This document shows, one piece after another, positions 10,874 to 22,256 of a stretch of 64,000 bases of DNA (positions are counted from its first letter, which is position 1; the number at the start of each line of letters is the position of its first letter). Under the pieces are notes generated by a model that made no database searches, had not been told where the DNA came from, and saw only the letters and a program-made list of their open reading frames with translations. The stretch is from the NCBI GenBank assembly GCA_965238075.1, contig OZ250173.1:832001-896000 (forward strand), written 5' to 3'. Origin of the DNA: Candidatus Entotheonellaceae bacterium (lineage in GTDB: Bacteria > Tectomicrobia > Entotheonellia > Entotheonellales > Entotheonellaceae). Position numbers and translations under genes: made by a program.

Positions 10874-11932
10874 TCAACGCTTGCTGGCAACAGCCGGTTG
10901 TTGTTGGGTCACGCAGTGGATGGCGCCGAGCCCCCAGACGAGCGGCTCGCAGGCAATGCCGACGACGCGGCGGCCGGGAAAGAGGTCCTGCAGGGTGCGC
11001 AGGGCGCGGTCGTCGTTGGGATGGTCGTAGGTGGGCACCAGTACGGCGCCGTTGCCGACGTAGAAGTTGGCGTAGCTGGCTGGCAGGCGCTCTGGTGGGG
11101 AGCCGACGCGCCCCGGCATGGGAAGGGGCACCACGTCGAGGAGCCGGCCGCGCCCGTCGGTGGCCGCCTGCAGGCGCCGGAAATTGTCCTGCAGGGGCAC
11201 GAAGTTGGCGTCCTGCGGGTCGGTTTCCAGGGCGCAGACCACCGTATCCGGGCCGACGAATCGCGCCACGTCATCGACGTGCCCATCGGTATCGTCCCCA
11301 ACAATGCCGCGCCCGAGCCAAATGACATGGCAAACGCCGAGGGTGGCGCCAAGATGGCGCTCAATGTCAGCGCGCTGCAACTCGGGGTTACGATTCGGAT
11401 GCAGCAGGCACTGCTCGGTGGTCAGACAGGCGCCGCTACCGTTGACGTCGATGGCGCCGCCTTCGAGGACCATGCCGGGCTCGAAACACGACACGCCGAG
11501 GCGCGAGGCGATGCGTTGCGATAGGCCGGCGTCGGCCTGCAAGTCGTCGTATTTGCCGCCCCAGGCGTTGAACCGCCAGGCGCTTGCGGCCAAAGGCGGC
11601 TGCGGGTCGACGCTGGTGAGGAAAATAGGGCCACTGTCGCGCAGCCAGGCGTCGGCGGTGGGTATTTCGTGCAGCTTGATGGCGCGTGCATCAAGCCCGC
11701 GATCATGTATCCGTTGCCCCACCTGATCGGCGGCGGCCGCGTCGTTGACCAGCAGGTGCACCGTTTCGTCCTGGTGCAATGCCTCGATCATGTCGAGGAA
11801 GATGTCCCGGACCTGCGGCAGGCGCCCCGGCCAAGTATCTTCGTTATGCGGCCAAGCCAGCCACGTGGCGGCGTGCGGCTCCCACTCCGCCGGCATCCGG
11901 TAGCCCAGGGCGGCGGGGGTGTCAGGCGTCAT
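10874..11932 (-). CDS. aguA: Agmatine deiminase family protein
   Basis: MPAEWEPH, WLRDSGP, LEGG, DTDGHVD, ASYANF, GAIHCVTQQ. Confidence 0.93.
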   Translation of the reverse strand: MTPDTPAALGYRMPAEWEPHAATWLAWPHNEDTWPGRLPQVRDIFLDMIEALHQDETVHLLVNDAAAADQVGQRIHDRGLDARAIKLHEIPTADAWLRDSGPIFLTSVDPQPPLAASAWRFNAWGGKYDDLQADAGLSQRIASRLGVSCFEPGMVLEGGAIDVNGSGACLTTEQCLLHPNRNPELQRADIERHLGATLGVCHVIWLGRGIVGDDTDGHVDDVARFVGPDTVVCALETDPQDANFVPLQDNFRRLQAATDGRGRLLDVVPLPMPGRVGSPPERLPASYANFYVGNGAVLVPTYDHPNDDRALRTLQDLFPGRRVVGIACEPLVWGLGAIHCVTQQQPAVASKR

Positions 11933-12830
11933 GCTTGTCCCCGACCCCGACCGGGGAATCGAGGAACCGGGCGGTGAGCGCGCCGTACGTGTCGATACGG
12001 CGGTCACGCAGAAAGGGCCATTGCTGGCGCATGGTATCGACGGCGTCCAGATCACACTTGGCGACCACGATGGCTTCCCCATCGTGCGCGGCGCGCGCCA
12101 CCAGGCTGCCGTCCGGCGCGGCCAGGAACGAGGCGCCCCAGAACGTCACCGTGCCCTCGCGCCCGACGCGGTTCACGGCGGCGGCGTAGACCCCGTTGGT
12201 AATGGCGTGGCTGCGTTGCACGAGTTCCCAAGCCTCGTGCTGCGTGCGGCGCACCTCGGCCGTCTCATCGTCGTGCCAGCCAATGGCAGTGGGATAAAAC
12301 AGGATGTCGGCGCCGGAAAGGGCCACCAGGCGCGCCGCCTCGGGGAACCACTGGTCCCAGCAGATCAGCACGCCGATGTCAGCGTAGCGGGTTTTGAAGG
12401 TTCGGAAGCCGAGGTCGCCCGGCGTGAAGTAGAACTTCTCGTAGTACGCCGGGTCGTCGGGAATGTGCATCTTGCGGTAGGTCCCGAGGCGGGCACCGTT
12501 GGCGTCGAACACCACCGCGCTGTTGTGATACAGGCCGCGCGCCCGCTGTTCGAACAGCGGCACGATCAGCACGACTCCCAGTTCCCCGGCCAGCCCTCCC
12601 AGGGCGTCAGTCGTCGGGCCCGGAATGGGCTCCGCCAGGGCAAACGGGCCGAGGTCCTCGGTCTGACAGAAGTAGGGCGTGCTGAACAACTCCTGCAAGC
12701 AGATGATCTGCGCGCCCTGCGCCGCGGCATCGCGGATAGCGCTGACGGCCCGCTGCAGGTTCCCCCGCGGGTCCGCCTCAGCCTGCATCTGGATGAGTCC
12801 CACCGTCACTTCGGACGACCCCTTGGCCAT
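11922..12830 (-). CDS. aguB: Carbon-nitrogen hydrolase, N-carbamoylputrescine amidase-like
   Basis: CLQELF, YRKMHIPDDP, ICWDQWFPE; adjacent to aguA. Confidence 0.9.
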   Translation of the reverse strand: MAKGSSEVTVGLIQMQAEADPRGNLQRAVSAIRDAAAQGAQIICLQELFSTPYFCQTEDLGPFALAEPIPGPTTDALGGLAGELGVVLIVPLFEQRARGLYHNSAVVFDANGARLGTYRKMHIPDDPAYYEKFYFTPGDLGFRTFKTRYADIGVLICWDQWFPEAARLVALSGADILFYPTAIGWHDDETAEVRRTQHEAWELVQRSHAITNGVYAAAVNRVGREGTVTFWGASFLAAPDGSLVARAAHDGEAIVVAKCDLDAVDTMRQQWPFLRDRRIDTYGALTARFLDSPVGVGDKHDA

Positions 12831-12908
12831 CGCCTCCTCCCGTCGGTCGGATTCGCACAATTTCGGATCACACCCCTCCGACCCTCTCACGAGACGGAAG
12901 GATTCCTG

Positions 12909-12947
12909 CTCCCTCCCCCCTGCAGGGAGAGGGTCGGGGTGAGGGGG
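12909..12947. repeat. CCCTCTCCC/GGGAGAGGG hairpin repeat; other copies at 39707-39977 (split), 43510-43570, 44810-44847 and 44899-44936
   Basis: Recurring GGGAGAGGGTCGGGGTGAGGGG and its complement. Confidence 0.85.
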
Positions 12948-12982
12948 TAGTGCACAGCGTCATCCGACGTTCGCCTACCCTC

Positions 12983-14722
<1,740 letters not shown>

Positions 14723-14879
14723 GAATGTTGCTCCTTTTTGGTGGATGCTGAACGCCGCGAAACACTGCAGCGGCATGCCGAGCGGCGGCTGGCGCAAGTT
14801 GCCTTGCTAAATTCCTTAGGGTATCGTTTGGTCATGCTATCTGATCCTGGGAGGGTTGGCAAATTGACTCGCCAACCCC

Positions 14880-17390
14880 TTGTTTTTAAAAGCTTTGGCA
14901 GCCATCTTCGGAGGCAGTGTGAGCCCAATCAGCAGGCACGACACGGCGGCGTTTCCCGAGGTGCCGATCGCCAGACTACGGTGGCGGTGCGACCCCGAAA
15001 GCCTTCCCTTCGCGAGCACTGATGACGTGGCGCCGGAGGCAGGCTTGATCGGCCAGGAGCGCGCCCGCAAGGCGCTGCTGCTCGGCATGGAGATCAACCA
15101 CGCCGGGTACAACGTGTACGTTTCCGGCGACGCCGGTACGGGCAAGCTGGCGGCGGTGCGGCAGATCGCGGCGCAGCTTCAGGACCCCGAGGCGAGGCCG
15201 CCGGACCTGTGTTATGTGTACGGCTTCAAGAGCCCGGAATGCCCGCGCCTTTTGGTGCTTCCGGCGGGACAGGGCGCGGCGTTGAAAAAGGCCATGCAGG
15301 CTTTGATCGACAGCCTTAAGGAGAGCATTCCGAAGGCGTTGGCCGGCGCTGACTGCCAGCACCGAAAGACTCGCTGCCTGGACCGGTATCAGCGGCGCGA
15401 ACAGCGGCTGGTGGCGCAACTCGAGGCGCGCCTGGCGCCGGCCTTCGGCCTGATTTGGCAGGGGCTGGACATGGCGCTGGCGGCGGAAGTGGCGCCAGTG
15501 ATCGAGGGGCGTCTGACGCCCATGGCGGAACTGGAAGACCGTGTCGATGGCGGCGGCTTCGACATCACCCGCTTCCGCGATCTGCGCGCCCGACAGGACA
15601 TGCTAAACGCGGCCAGCGCCGACGTATTGGCCGAGCTGGGCGAACTGCGCCAGAAGATGCAGGAGGACCTGCGAACGCTGGAGCGCACCGCGTTAAAGCC
15701 GGTCATCCGGGAGGCCGTAGCCGAGGTCGAGAAGGTGTCTGACGCAGCGGGTGTGAAACGCTACCTGCAGGACGCGGAAGAGGATCTGAACGAGGAGTGC
15801 GAGCGCTTTCATTCTGGTCTCCCGGCGCCGCCCGACAGGGAGCCCGCGCGATCATCGTATGACGACGAGGAGCCGTTCCATGACTTTCAGGTCAACGTCA
15901 TCGTTGATCACGGCGACACGACGGGCCGCCCGTTGGTCTTTGAAGCCTCGCCGACCTACAAGAACCTGTTTGGCGCCATCGAGCCCGCCGTCGAGCACGG
16001 CGGCGCCTGGCGCAGCGACTTCATGGGCATCCGCGCCGGAGCCATCCACCGCGCCAACGGCGGCTACCTCATCTTTCGCGCCCAGGAGGCCCTGTACGAC
16101 CCCCTCGTCTGGTCAACGCTGAAACGCCTGCTGCGCCACGGCAGGGCGGACATCCAGTCCATCGATCACCATACCCTGGTGCCAACGACGCCGCTGAGGC
16201 CGGATGCGGTTCCGTGCGACGTGAAGGTCATTCTGCTCGGCGATGAGGACCTCTACCAGCAACTGGCCTACGAAGACGCCAATTTCAGCCGCTTGTTCAA
16301 GGTCAAAGCCGACTTCGATACCACGCTGCCGCGCCGGCACGAAACCGTCTTGCAGGTTGCCGGTTTCCTCAGCCGCATCTGCCGCGAAGCGGGGTTGCGT
16401 CCGTGCGCCCGCGAGGCCGTAGGAGCGTTGGTCGAGTGGGGTGTGCGAACTGCCGGACGCCAGAACAAAATCAGCGCCTGTCTGGACGTTATGGCCGACG
16501 TGGCGCGGGAGGCGAATTATTGGGCCGGCAAGGACGGCGCGGCGATGATCACCGCGGCGGCCGTGGAGCGGGCGCTACTGGCGCGGCAGGAGCGGCTGAA
16601 CCTGACCGCCGAGCAAATCTACGAAATGATCGACGAGGACCTTTTGCTACTGACCACCCGCGGTGCGGTTGTCGGCCAAGTGAATGGCCTGTCGGTATAC
16701 GAACTGGCCGACGGCACCACCTTCGGCTGCCCGATGCGCATTACCGCGGTCACCTCGATGGGCGACGCGGGCATCGTCAACATCGAACGCGAGGTGGAAC
16801 TGAGCGATGCCGCCCATCACAAAGGCATTCTCATCCTCAGCGGCTACCTGCGGCGCGCTTACGGGCAGGATAAACCCCTGATTCTCAGCGCCAGCCTGTG
16901 CATCGAGCAGTCGTATGACGGGGTGGCAGGCGACAGCGCCTCAGCCGCCGAGGTGTACGCGTTACTGTCCGGGCTGGCCAATCTGCCGGTCGATCAAGGC
17001 ATCGCCGTCACCGGATCGGTAAATCAACAAGGACAAATACAGCCCATCGGCGGCGTTAACGAGAAAATCGAGGTCTTTTTCGACGTCTGCCGGCGGCAGG
17101 GCCTGACCGGCACGCAAGGGGTGCTGCTGCCGCCGCAAAACGTCGATGACCTGATGCTCAAGCAAGAGGTCGTCGATGCCGTGGCGGCCAGGCAGTTCCA
17201 TCTCTACCCCATTCCCACCATCGACGACGGGTTGCCCATTCTGACGGGTGTCGACGCCGGCGCGGTGAACGGCCGCGTGGATGCCCAACTGCGGCGCTAC
17301 GCCGAGCAGTGGTACGCCTTCCAGCATCGCCGTGCCCCCACCAACGGCGTTCTCCAGACGCCGCCTGGGGGGCGATCCGGCCTCGCCTAA
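14880..17390 (+). CDS. Lon-like protease (LonC/LonB type: AAA-like region plus Lon protease domain)
   Basis: IGQERA, GDAGTGK, HRANGGYL, VGQVNGL, GDSASAAE (Ser) and IGGVNEKIE (Lys); start position uncertain. Confidence 0.9.
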   Translation: MFLKALAAIFGGSVSPISRHDTAAFPEVPIARLRWRCDPESLPFASTDDVAPEAGLIGQERARKALLLGMEINHAGYNVYVSGDAGTGKLAAVRQIAAQLQDPEARPPDLCYVYGFKSPECPRLLVLPAGQGAALKKAMQALIDSLKESIPKALAGADCQHRKTRCLDRYQRREQRLVAQLEARLAPAFGLIWQGLDMALAAEVAPVIEGRLTPMAELEDRVDGGGFDITRFRDLRARQDMLNAASADVLAELGELRQKMQEDLRTLERTALKPVIREAVAEVEKVSDAAGVKRYLQDAEEDLNEECERFHSGLPAPPDREPARSSYDDEEPFHDFQVNVIVDHGDTTGRPLVFEASPTYKNLFGAIEPAVEHGGAWRSDFMGIRAGAIHRANGGYLIFRAQEALYDPLVWSTLKRLLRHGRADIQSIDHHTLVPTTPLRPDAVPCDVKVILLGDEDLYQQLAYEDANFSRLFKVKADFDTTLPRRHETVLQVAGFLSRICREAGLRPCAREAVGALVEWGVRTAGRQNKISACLDVMADVAREANYWAGKDGAAMITAAAVERALLARQERLNLTAEQIYEMIDEDLLLLTTRGAVVGQVNGLSVYELADGTTFGCPMRITAVTSMGDAGIVNIEREVELSDAAHHKGILILSGYLRRAYGQDKPLILSASLCIEQSYDGVAGDSASAAEVYALLSGLANLPVDQGIAVTGSVNQQGQIQPIGGVNEKIEVFFDVCRRQGLTGTQGVLLPPQNVDDLMLKQEVVDAVAARQFHLYPIPTIDDGLPILTGVDAGAVNGRVDAQLRRYAEQWYAFQHRRAPTNGVLQTPPGGRSGLA

Positions 17391-17905
17391 TCTTGCGGCG
17401 CCAGATACGTCGCCCCGATGACCGACCGTACGCCCGACAGCACGAACGTCCGCTTGCCTTGGTCGAGACGACCGTTGTCATTGGCGTCCTCGCCGGCGTC
17501 CAGGGCGCAGTTCAGATTGCTGTCCTCAGCGGCATCGCCAGATTGCACCGCGACGACGTCGATGGCCTTGAGCTGGGGACGCGGGAATCCCTCGTTGACG
17601 CACCAATACACGCGATGACCGTCCGGGACGTCACCGGGCGCGACGTCATAGGTCGTCTTGGCGGCGCCTGCGGCCGTGTCCAGCAAATGCGGATGGTTGT
17701 AGGGAAGCGCGAGCAGTAATTCCAGCCGTTCCTGCGCCATCGTGACGAGCCGCGTCATACCGTTGGCCCTGGCGTTAATGGTGATCGCGGTTATCTGCAT
17801 CGCAGCCAATGCCGACAGTCCCAAGGCCAACAGAAGCACGGCGACCATAACCTCGATGAGCGTGAAGCCGCGCTCCCGACCCCTGTTTGCTGCCTCGTCC
17901 GGCAT
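17387..17905 (-). CDS. Type IV minor pilin, PilV-like
   Basis: Prepilin motif RGFTLIEVMVA. Confidence 0.85.
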   Translation of the reverse strand: MPDEAANRGRERGFTLIEVMVAVLLLALGLSALAAMQITAITINARANGMTRLVTMAQERLELLLALPYNHPHLLDTAAGAAKTTYDVAPGDVPDGHRVYWCVNEGFPRPQLKAIDVVAVQSGDAAEDSNLNCALDAGEDANDNGRLDQGKRTFVLSGVRSVIGATYLAPQD

Positions 17906-17908
17906 CCG

Positions 17909-18547
17909 TCACCATCCCGGCTCGCCCGCCAAGGCGACATTCCTGAGTTGCACCGTGGCGACCCGTTCGAGCGTTCGATAGCCGTCGTTTTCCGCGTGCT
18001 GCGGATCACGGCGCGACGCTCTGGCGGTGAGCGTCAGGCGCACGGCGCGGATGTTTTGCAGCTGCCCCGCCGGCACCTGCGGCACACAGGGGAGCCGCGG
18101 ATCGTTGCTGGGCAATACGTAGCAGAATCGCAGCCGCTGAATTGTGTCGACGACCGCCTGAAAACCGCTTGCCTTCTCCCGCACCGACTGGATGCGCAGG
18201 CTGCCGGACCTGGCACGGTAGGCAACGTCTTCAAACGCGGCGTCACCGATCGCGCCGCTGCCGTTGCGGTCGATCGTGAAGCGCATCAGGTCGGCCTCAG
18301 CGGTGACGATGCCGGCGCCGGCGTTTCCTGTCGGATCAAAACCGGCCATGCGGATGTCGTTGGCCATCACGTCGAGACCCATGCGAACGTTTTGCCGCAT
18401 TTCCAGCATCTGCTGGTGCCGCGCATAGACGTTGTGCTGCTGCACCAAAATGCCGTAGATGCCGCCCATGACGAGCGAGCCAACAGCAAGGGCGATCAGC
18501 AGTTCGATGAGGGTGAAGCCGTGCTGGTCTCGCAGGGTGGCTTTCAA
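17909..18547 (-). CDS. Type IV minor pilin, PilW-like
   Basis: HGFTLIELLIA...QNVRMGLDVMANDIRMAG...VQLRN. Confidence 0.88.
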   Translation of the reverse strand: MKATLRDQHGFTLIELLIALAVGSLVMGGIYGILVQQHNVYARHQQMLEMRQNVRMGLDVMANDIRMAGFDPTGNAGAGIVTAEADLMRFTIDRNGSGAIGDAAFEDVAYRARSGSLRIQSVREKASGFQAVVDTIQRLRFCYVLPSNDPRLPCVPQVPAGQLQNIRAVRLTLTARASRRDPQHAENDGYRTLERVATVQLRNVALAGEPGW

Positions 18548-18565
18548 GATTTATCCCGCCTTGGC

Positions 18566-19072
18566 TTACTCGGACCGCACGCGGCCGTTGGGGGCCACGA
18601 TAATTTTGCGTGCATGGCCGTCCGCGATGGTTTCGAGGGTGAAGCTGCCGGCGGTCGCCGTCCCGCGCGGGCCAAAGACGAACGACCGGCGGGTCGTCTT
18701 CGTGATGCGGACACCCGGCAATTCGGTCATCGTCCGGCGGAATGCCGCGTAGGCGGGGCTTGACGTTGCCGGCGGCGCGGGGCAGTCGGGCTGCAGGGCG
18801 TCGAGGCTGCGGAGGGTCAGGAAGTCATGCGGGGTTGCGGTACTGTACAGGCATACCCGCAGGCGGGTGTTGCGGGCGATGGCTTGCAGACGCGCCGATT
18901 GCAGGACGGAAACCACCTCATCGGCAACGGCACGCGAGCGCAGGCGGGCCAGCCACGACACCACGTTGGGCGTGCCAACCGCGGCCACAAGCCCCAAGAT
19001 GGCGAGCACGACGATCAACTCCAGCAGGCTGAACCCCGTCTCACCCAAGCGGCACGGCCTGCCGCCACCCAT
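18566..19072 (-). CDS. FimT/GspH-family minor pilin
   Basis: GFSLLELIVVLAILG...P, ARLQAIARN, FGPRG, APNGRVR. Confidence 0.88.
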   Translation of the reverse strand: MGGGRPCRLGETGFSLLELIVVLAILGLVAAVGTPNVVSWLARLRSRAVADEVVSVLQSARLQAIARNTRLRVCLYSTATPHDFLTLRSLDALQPDCPAPPATSSPAYAAFRRTMTELPGVRITKTTRRSFVFGPRGTATAGSFTLETIADGHARKIIVAPNGRVRSE

Positions 19073-19467
19073 CAATCGTCGTTCCACATTCCCCTCTCTT
19101 GCAGGACTTCCTTGCAAACCTTCAGCCCCTCCACCATGGTGGGCACGCCGCCATAGGTCATCATCTGAAAGATGACCTCGGCAACTTCCTCTCGGGTGGC
19201 GCCTACGTTCAGAGCGGCGCCAATGTGGATGCGAAGCTCGTCGAGCCGCTGCAGCACCGTCAGCGCGGCGACAGCGCACAGTTCCCTCTCCTTCTGGGAA
19301 ATGACGTTGCGGGCGTAAAGCCGGCCGGTGAAGAAGGTGGAAATGTGGCGGGCCAGGTCCGGGTCGAATTTCTTCCACAACTGGAACACGCCCTCGCCCG
19401 GCTTCGGGGGGCCAAAGAGCATCTCGGCAGTTTCTCGCGTCACGCGCCTCAGTTCGGCATCATCCAC
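19072..19467 (-). CDS. Carboxymuconolactone decarboxylase (AhpD-like) family protein
   Basis: KERELCAVAAL...HIGAALNVGATREEVAEV...YGGVP. Confidence 0.9.
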   Translation of the reverse strand: MDDAELRRVTRETAEMLFGPPKPGEGVFQLWKKFDPDLARHISTFFTGRLYARNVISQKERELCAVAALTVLQRLDELRIHIGAALNVGATREEVAEVIFQMMTYGGVPTMVEGLKVCKEVLQERGMWNDD

Positions 19468-19513
19468 GGTGCAGCCCTCTCTCGCTGGTGATTCGAAGCG
19501 GAATTTTGGCGGC

Positions 19514-19543
19514 AGCATACGGGCGGCGCGCCGGGGGTGTCAA
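19514..19543 (-). promoter_or_regulatory. Putative sigma70 promoter of the CMD-pilin operon
   Basis: TTGACA-18 nt-TATGCT on the minus strand. Confidence 0.55.
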
Positions 19544-19619
19544 TGACGGTGGCCCACGCGGTACACTTTGCCGGCGAATCCGACTTCATAACGATGATCA
19601 ACAGACAAATGGAGAAGCC

Positions 19620-20288
19620 ATGCGTCTTACCGAGTACCTGCGTCAGCAAACCGCCGACCTGCGCCAGCAAGTCCTGCAGCACCCCTTCGTGACGGGGATC
19701 GGCGACGGCGGGCTGCCGCTGGAGGCGTTCCGATTCTACCTGTGTCAGGACTACGTATTTCTGGTCGACTACAGCCGCGTGCTGGCGCTGGCGGCGGCGA
19801 AGGCGGGCGACCTCGAGACGATGGGGCGGTTTGCGGGGCTGCTGCACGAAACGCTGAACACCGAAATGGATTTGCACCGCGGCTTTGCAGCAAAATTCGG
19901 CATCCGCCCGGGCGAGCTGGAGAGCACGCAGGCAGCACCGGGCACGCGAGCCTACACCCAGCACCTGCTGGCCACCGCTTACAGCGGGGATCTGGCAGAC
20001 ATCGCTGCGGCCATTCTGCCCTGCATGTGGGACTACAGCGACATCGGCCAGAACCTGGCAGCACAAGGCGCCCCGTCGCCGCAGCCGCTGTATGACGAGT
20101 GGATTCGAATGTACGCGGCCCCCGAATTTGCCGCCCTCGCCGACTGGCTGCGGGGCCTACTCGACCGCCTGGGAAGCGGCGCGGCGCCGGACCGGCAAGT
20201 CCGCCTCAGCCGGCTATTCGCCGATAGCTGCCGCTACGAGTATCTCTTCTGGGACATGGCGTATCGGCAGGAGACCTGGCCCCTGTAG
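19620..20288 (+). CDS. tenA: Thiaminase II / TenA
   Basis: HPFV, FYLCQDYVFL, LPCMWDY, WIRMY, YEYLFWDMAY. Confidence 0.93.
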   Translation: MRLTEYLRQQTADLRQQVLQHPFVTGIGDGGLPLEAFRFYLCQDYVFLVDYSRVLALAAAKAGDLETMGRFAGLLHETLNTEMDLHRGFAAKFGIRPGELESTQAAPGTRAYTQHLLATAYSGDLADIAAAILPCMWDYSDIGQNLAAQGAPSPQPLYDEWIRMYAAPEFAALADWLRGLLDRLGSGAAPDRQVRLSRLFADSCRYEYLFWDMAYRQETWPL

Positions 20289-20332
20289 GCCGGATTGGCC
20301 GCAGGCGTAATCCGACCTCCGACTGCGCTGGC

Positions 20333-22015
20333 TCACACCAAACTGCGCTGGATGATCTGCGACCGTTGCAGCATGTCCGCCAGATACTCGGCGCCCAGGG
20401 CGTCGGCGCTCGTCGTCATGCTGCGGGTGAAAGCGTCAACGTTGCCGTCGATCAGCGCCTGCGCCAGGGTTTGCACGACGTCGAGGTAGGCTTTCAGCAC
20501 CGTTGGGCCCTGCAGGTTGTAGGACTGGATTTCGCTGTAGAGGTCCGGGTCGGCCCGCAGGATGCGGCCCATGATGGCCAGCGACGTGCGGGAGTTGGGC
20601 GAGCTGTAGCGGTCCATCTCGGTCGGGTCGCTGAAATGCGTATGCAGCACCTGCGCCAGCGCGATCTTGGTGAAGTGTTCCAGGTTCTGGTGGAAGGCCA
20701 TCTGCTTGTCGTGATACTGCGGCGTCGTGTAGGTGATGGTGGCGCCGTACTTGTAGAAAATGTCCTCGAACTCCTTGGCGCGGGCACCCGACAAGGGCGT
20801 GCGGGTGAAGACGATGTTCTGGTTGCGCAGGCTCTCCACGCGCGGGCCGAAGATGGTGTGCATGCCGAGCACCTCGACGCCCTCCGGCACCGCCGCCAGC
20901 ATCGCTTCGACGGGTTGCGTCTTGATGGAGGTGTTGTCGGTGATAAGCTGGCCGGGACGGAAATAGCGGCCCACGTCGTGGATCACGCCCACCGTATTGC
21001 GGATGGGCACGTTGATGATGACCACGTCGGACTGCTCGATGCACTGCTGGTAGGTCAGCGGCGTGCGGCGGCCGCTGATGAGTACGTTGTAGCGCGCCTC
21101 GCCCAGGAATTTCCGGAACCATTGCCCCATCTGGCCCGTGCCGCCTAAGATGCCGATCGTCTTGATGCCCGGCTCGTTGAAAGCGCAGCACGGGTAGGTG
21201 CCAAAAACCCTGACCTCGAGTTCCTGGTCGCCCAACTGCCGCGCCAGGTGGGTCATGCACGCCGCCACGGGTTCGTCGTCCAGGTGCCCCTCGACCTCCA
21301 TGTGGAACAGAAAGGCGCCGCGGGTGTCCGGGCGCGAGTGGATAAAGGACAGGTTGAGCTTGTGGTCGTGGCTGATGGCGGAGACAATGTCATTCAGCAG
21401 GCCAAGGCGGTCGCGGTGCGGATACAGGGCGAAGGCGGTGGCGTCGCGTCCGGTGCGGGGGTGATGAGGCTCCGAGGCGGGGCCGAGGACGGCGAAACGG
21501 GTCTTGTTCTGTTTGATGTTGCCGATGTCGCGGTCGAGGACGTGCAGGCCGTACTGTTTCAGGGCCGTCTCGCTGCCGATGGCCGCCGCGTCCGTCAGGC
21601 GCTGCGCGGCGATGGTCTCCATGGCCGCGCTGGTGCTGTCCACGTCGAGGCATTGCGCCTGCGGGTAGTTGGCTTGCAGGTAGACCGAGCACTGCTTCAA
21701 CGCCTGGTCCTTGGAAAGGACGCGGCTGACCTGGGACTGCGGGCTGAGCACCCCGATGGCGTGCTGGATGGGCAGCACGAGCATGTCGACAATCTTGACG
21801 CGATCGGCGCAGTGGAACAGGTTGTCCAGAGTCTCGGTCACCGGACCCTGGATGACGTTCTCGATAGGCACCAGCCCGCGCGCCACTTCCTGCCGGGCCA
21901 CGGCGTCGAACACCGATTCAATGGAAGCGTAAGGCATGTAAACGGCGTCTGCCATGGCCGCCTTTGCTGCCTCCTCCGTGTACGTTCCCTGCGGTCCCAA
22001 AAAACCGATTTTCAC
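20333..22015 (-). CDS. Fused prephenate dehydratase-ACT-prephenate dehydrogenase
   Basis: FLGPQGTYTEEA, VPIEN, NKTRF; ACT domain (IHSRP); Rossmann GILGGTGQMG, DNTSIK, HTIFGP, HDKQMA. Confidence 0.9.
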   Translation of the reverse strand: MKIGFLGPQGTYTEEAAKAAMADAVYMPYASIESVFDAVARQEVARGLVPIENVIQGPVTETLDNLFHCADRVKIVDMLVLPIQHAIGVLSPQSQVSRVLSKDQALKQCSVYLQANYPQAQCLDVDSTSAAMETIAAQRLTDAAAIGSETALKQYGLHVLDRDIGNIKQNKTRFAVLGPASEPHHPRTGRDATAFALYPHRDRLGLLNDIVSAISHDHKLNLSFIHSRPDTRGAFLFHMEVEGHLDDEPVAACMTHLARQLGDQELEVRVFGTYPCCAFNEPGIKTIGILGGTGQMGQWFRKFLGEARYNVLISGRRTPLTYQQCIEQSDVVIINVPIRNTVGVIHDVGRYFRPGQLITDNTSIKTQPVEAMLAAVPEGVEVLGMHTIFGPRVESLRNQNIVFTRTPLSGARAKEFEDIFYKYGATITYTTPQYHDKQMAFHQNLEHFTKIALAQVLHTHFSDPTEMDRYSSPNSRTSLAIMGRILRADPDLYSEIQSYNLQGPTVLKAYLDVVQTLAQALIDGNVDAFTRSMTTSADALGAEYLADMLQRSQIIQRSLV

Positions 22016-22078
22016 AAGCTGCCCCTTGCCGTGATAATGTCGTTCCTCATGAATGTAGCCCGTCCAGTTCCACAAGGC

Positions 22079-22106
22079 GTCATTCCGGGCTCGACCCGGA
22101 ATCCAG
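22079..22106. repeat. GTCATTCCGG...CCGGAATCC palindromic repeat; other copies at 31255-31332, 36088-36207 and 39793-39886
   Basis: Recurrent GTCA(T/C)(T/C)CCGG..CCGG(A/G)(A/G)TCCAG hairpins, often as inverted doublets. Confidence 0.85.
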
Positions 22107-22256
22107 TCGCTTTAATTCTGGAAAAACTTCCGGACCCTCGTCCCGGATCAGAATCGAAGGCAAGCTTGATGTCCTTGCGGTGTCTGCGGAATATTGGAAG
22201 CGCTTCTTATAGCACGCCATAAGGGGCCGGACAAACATTGCGGGAAGGGTGATCGC

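Noticed and set aside
18566..19378. 270-aa FimT with a long N-terminal extension
   Set aside because: The extension is an alternate frame of the CMD gene; the prepilin motif supports a start at 19072
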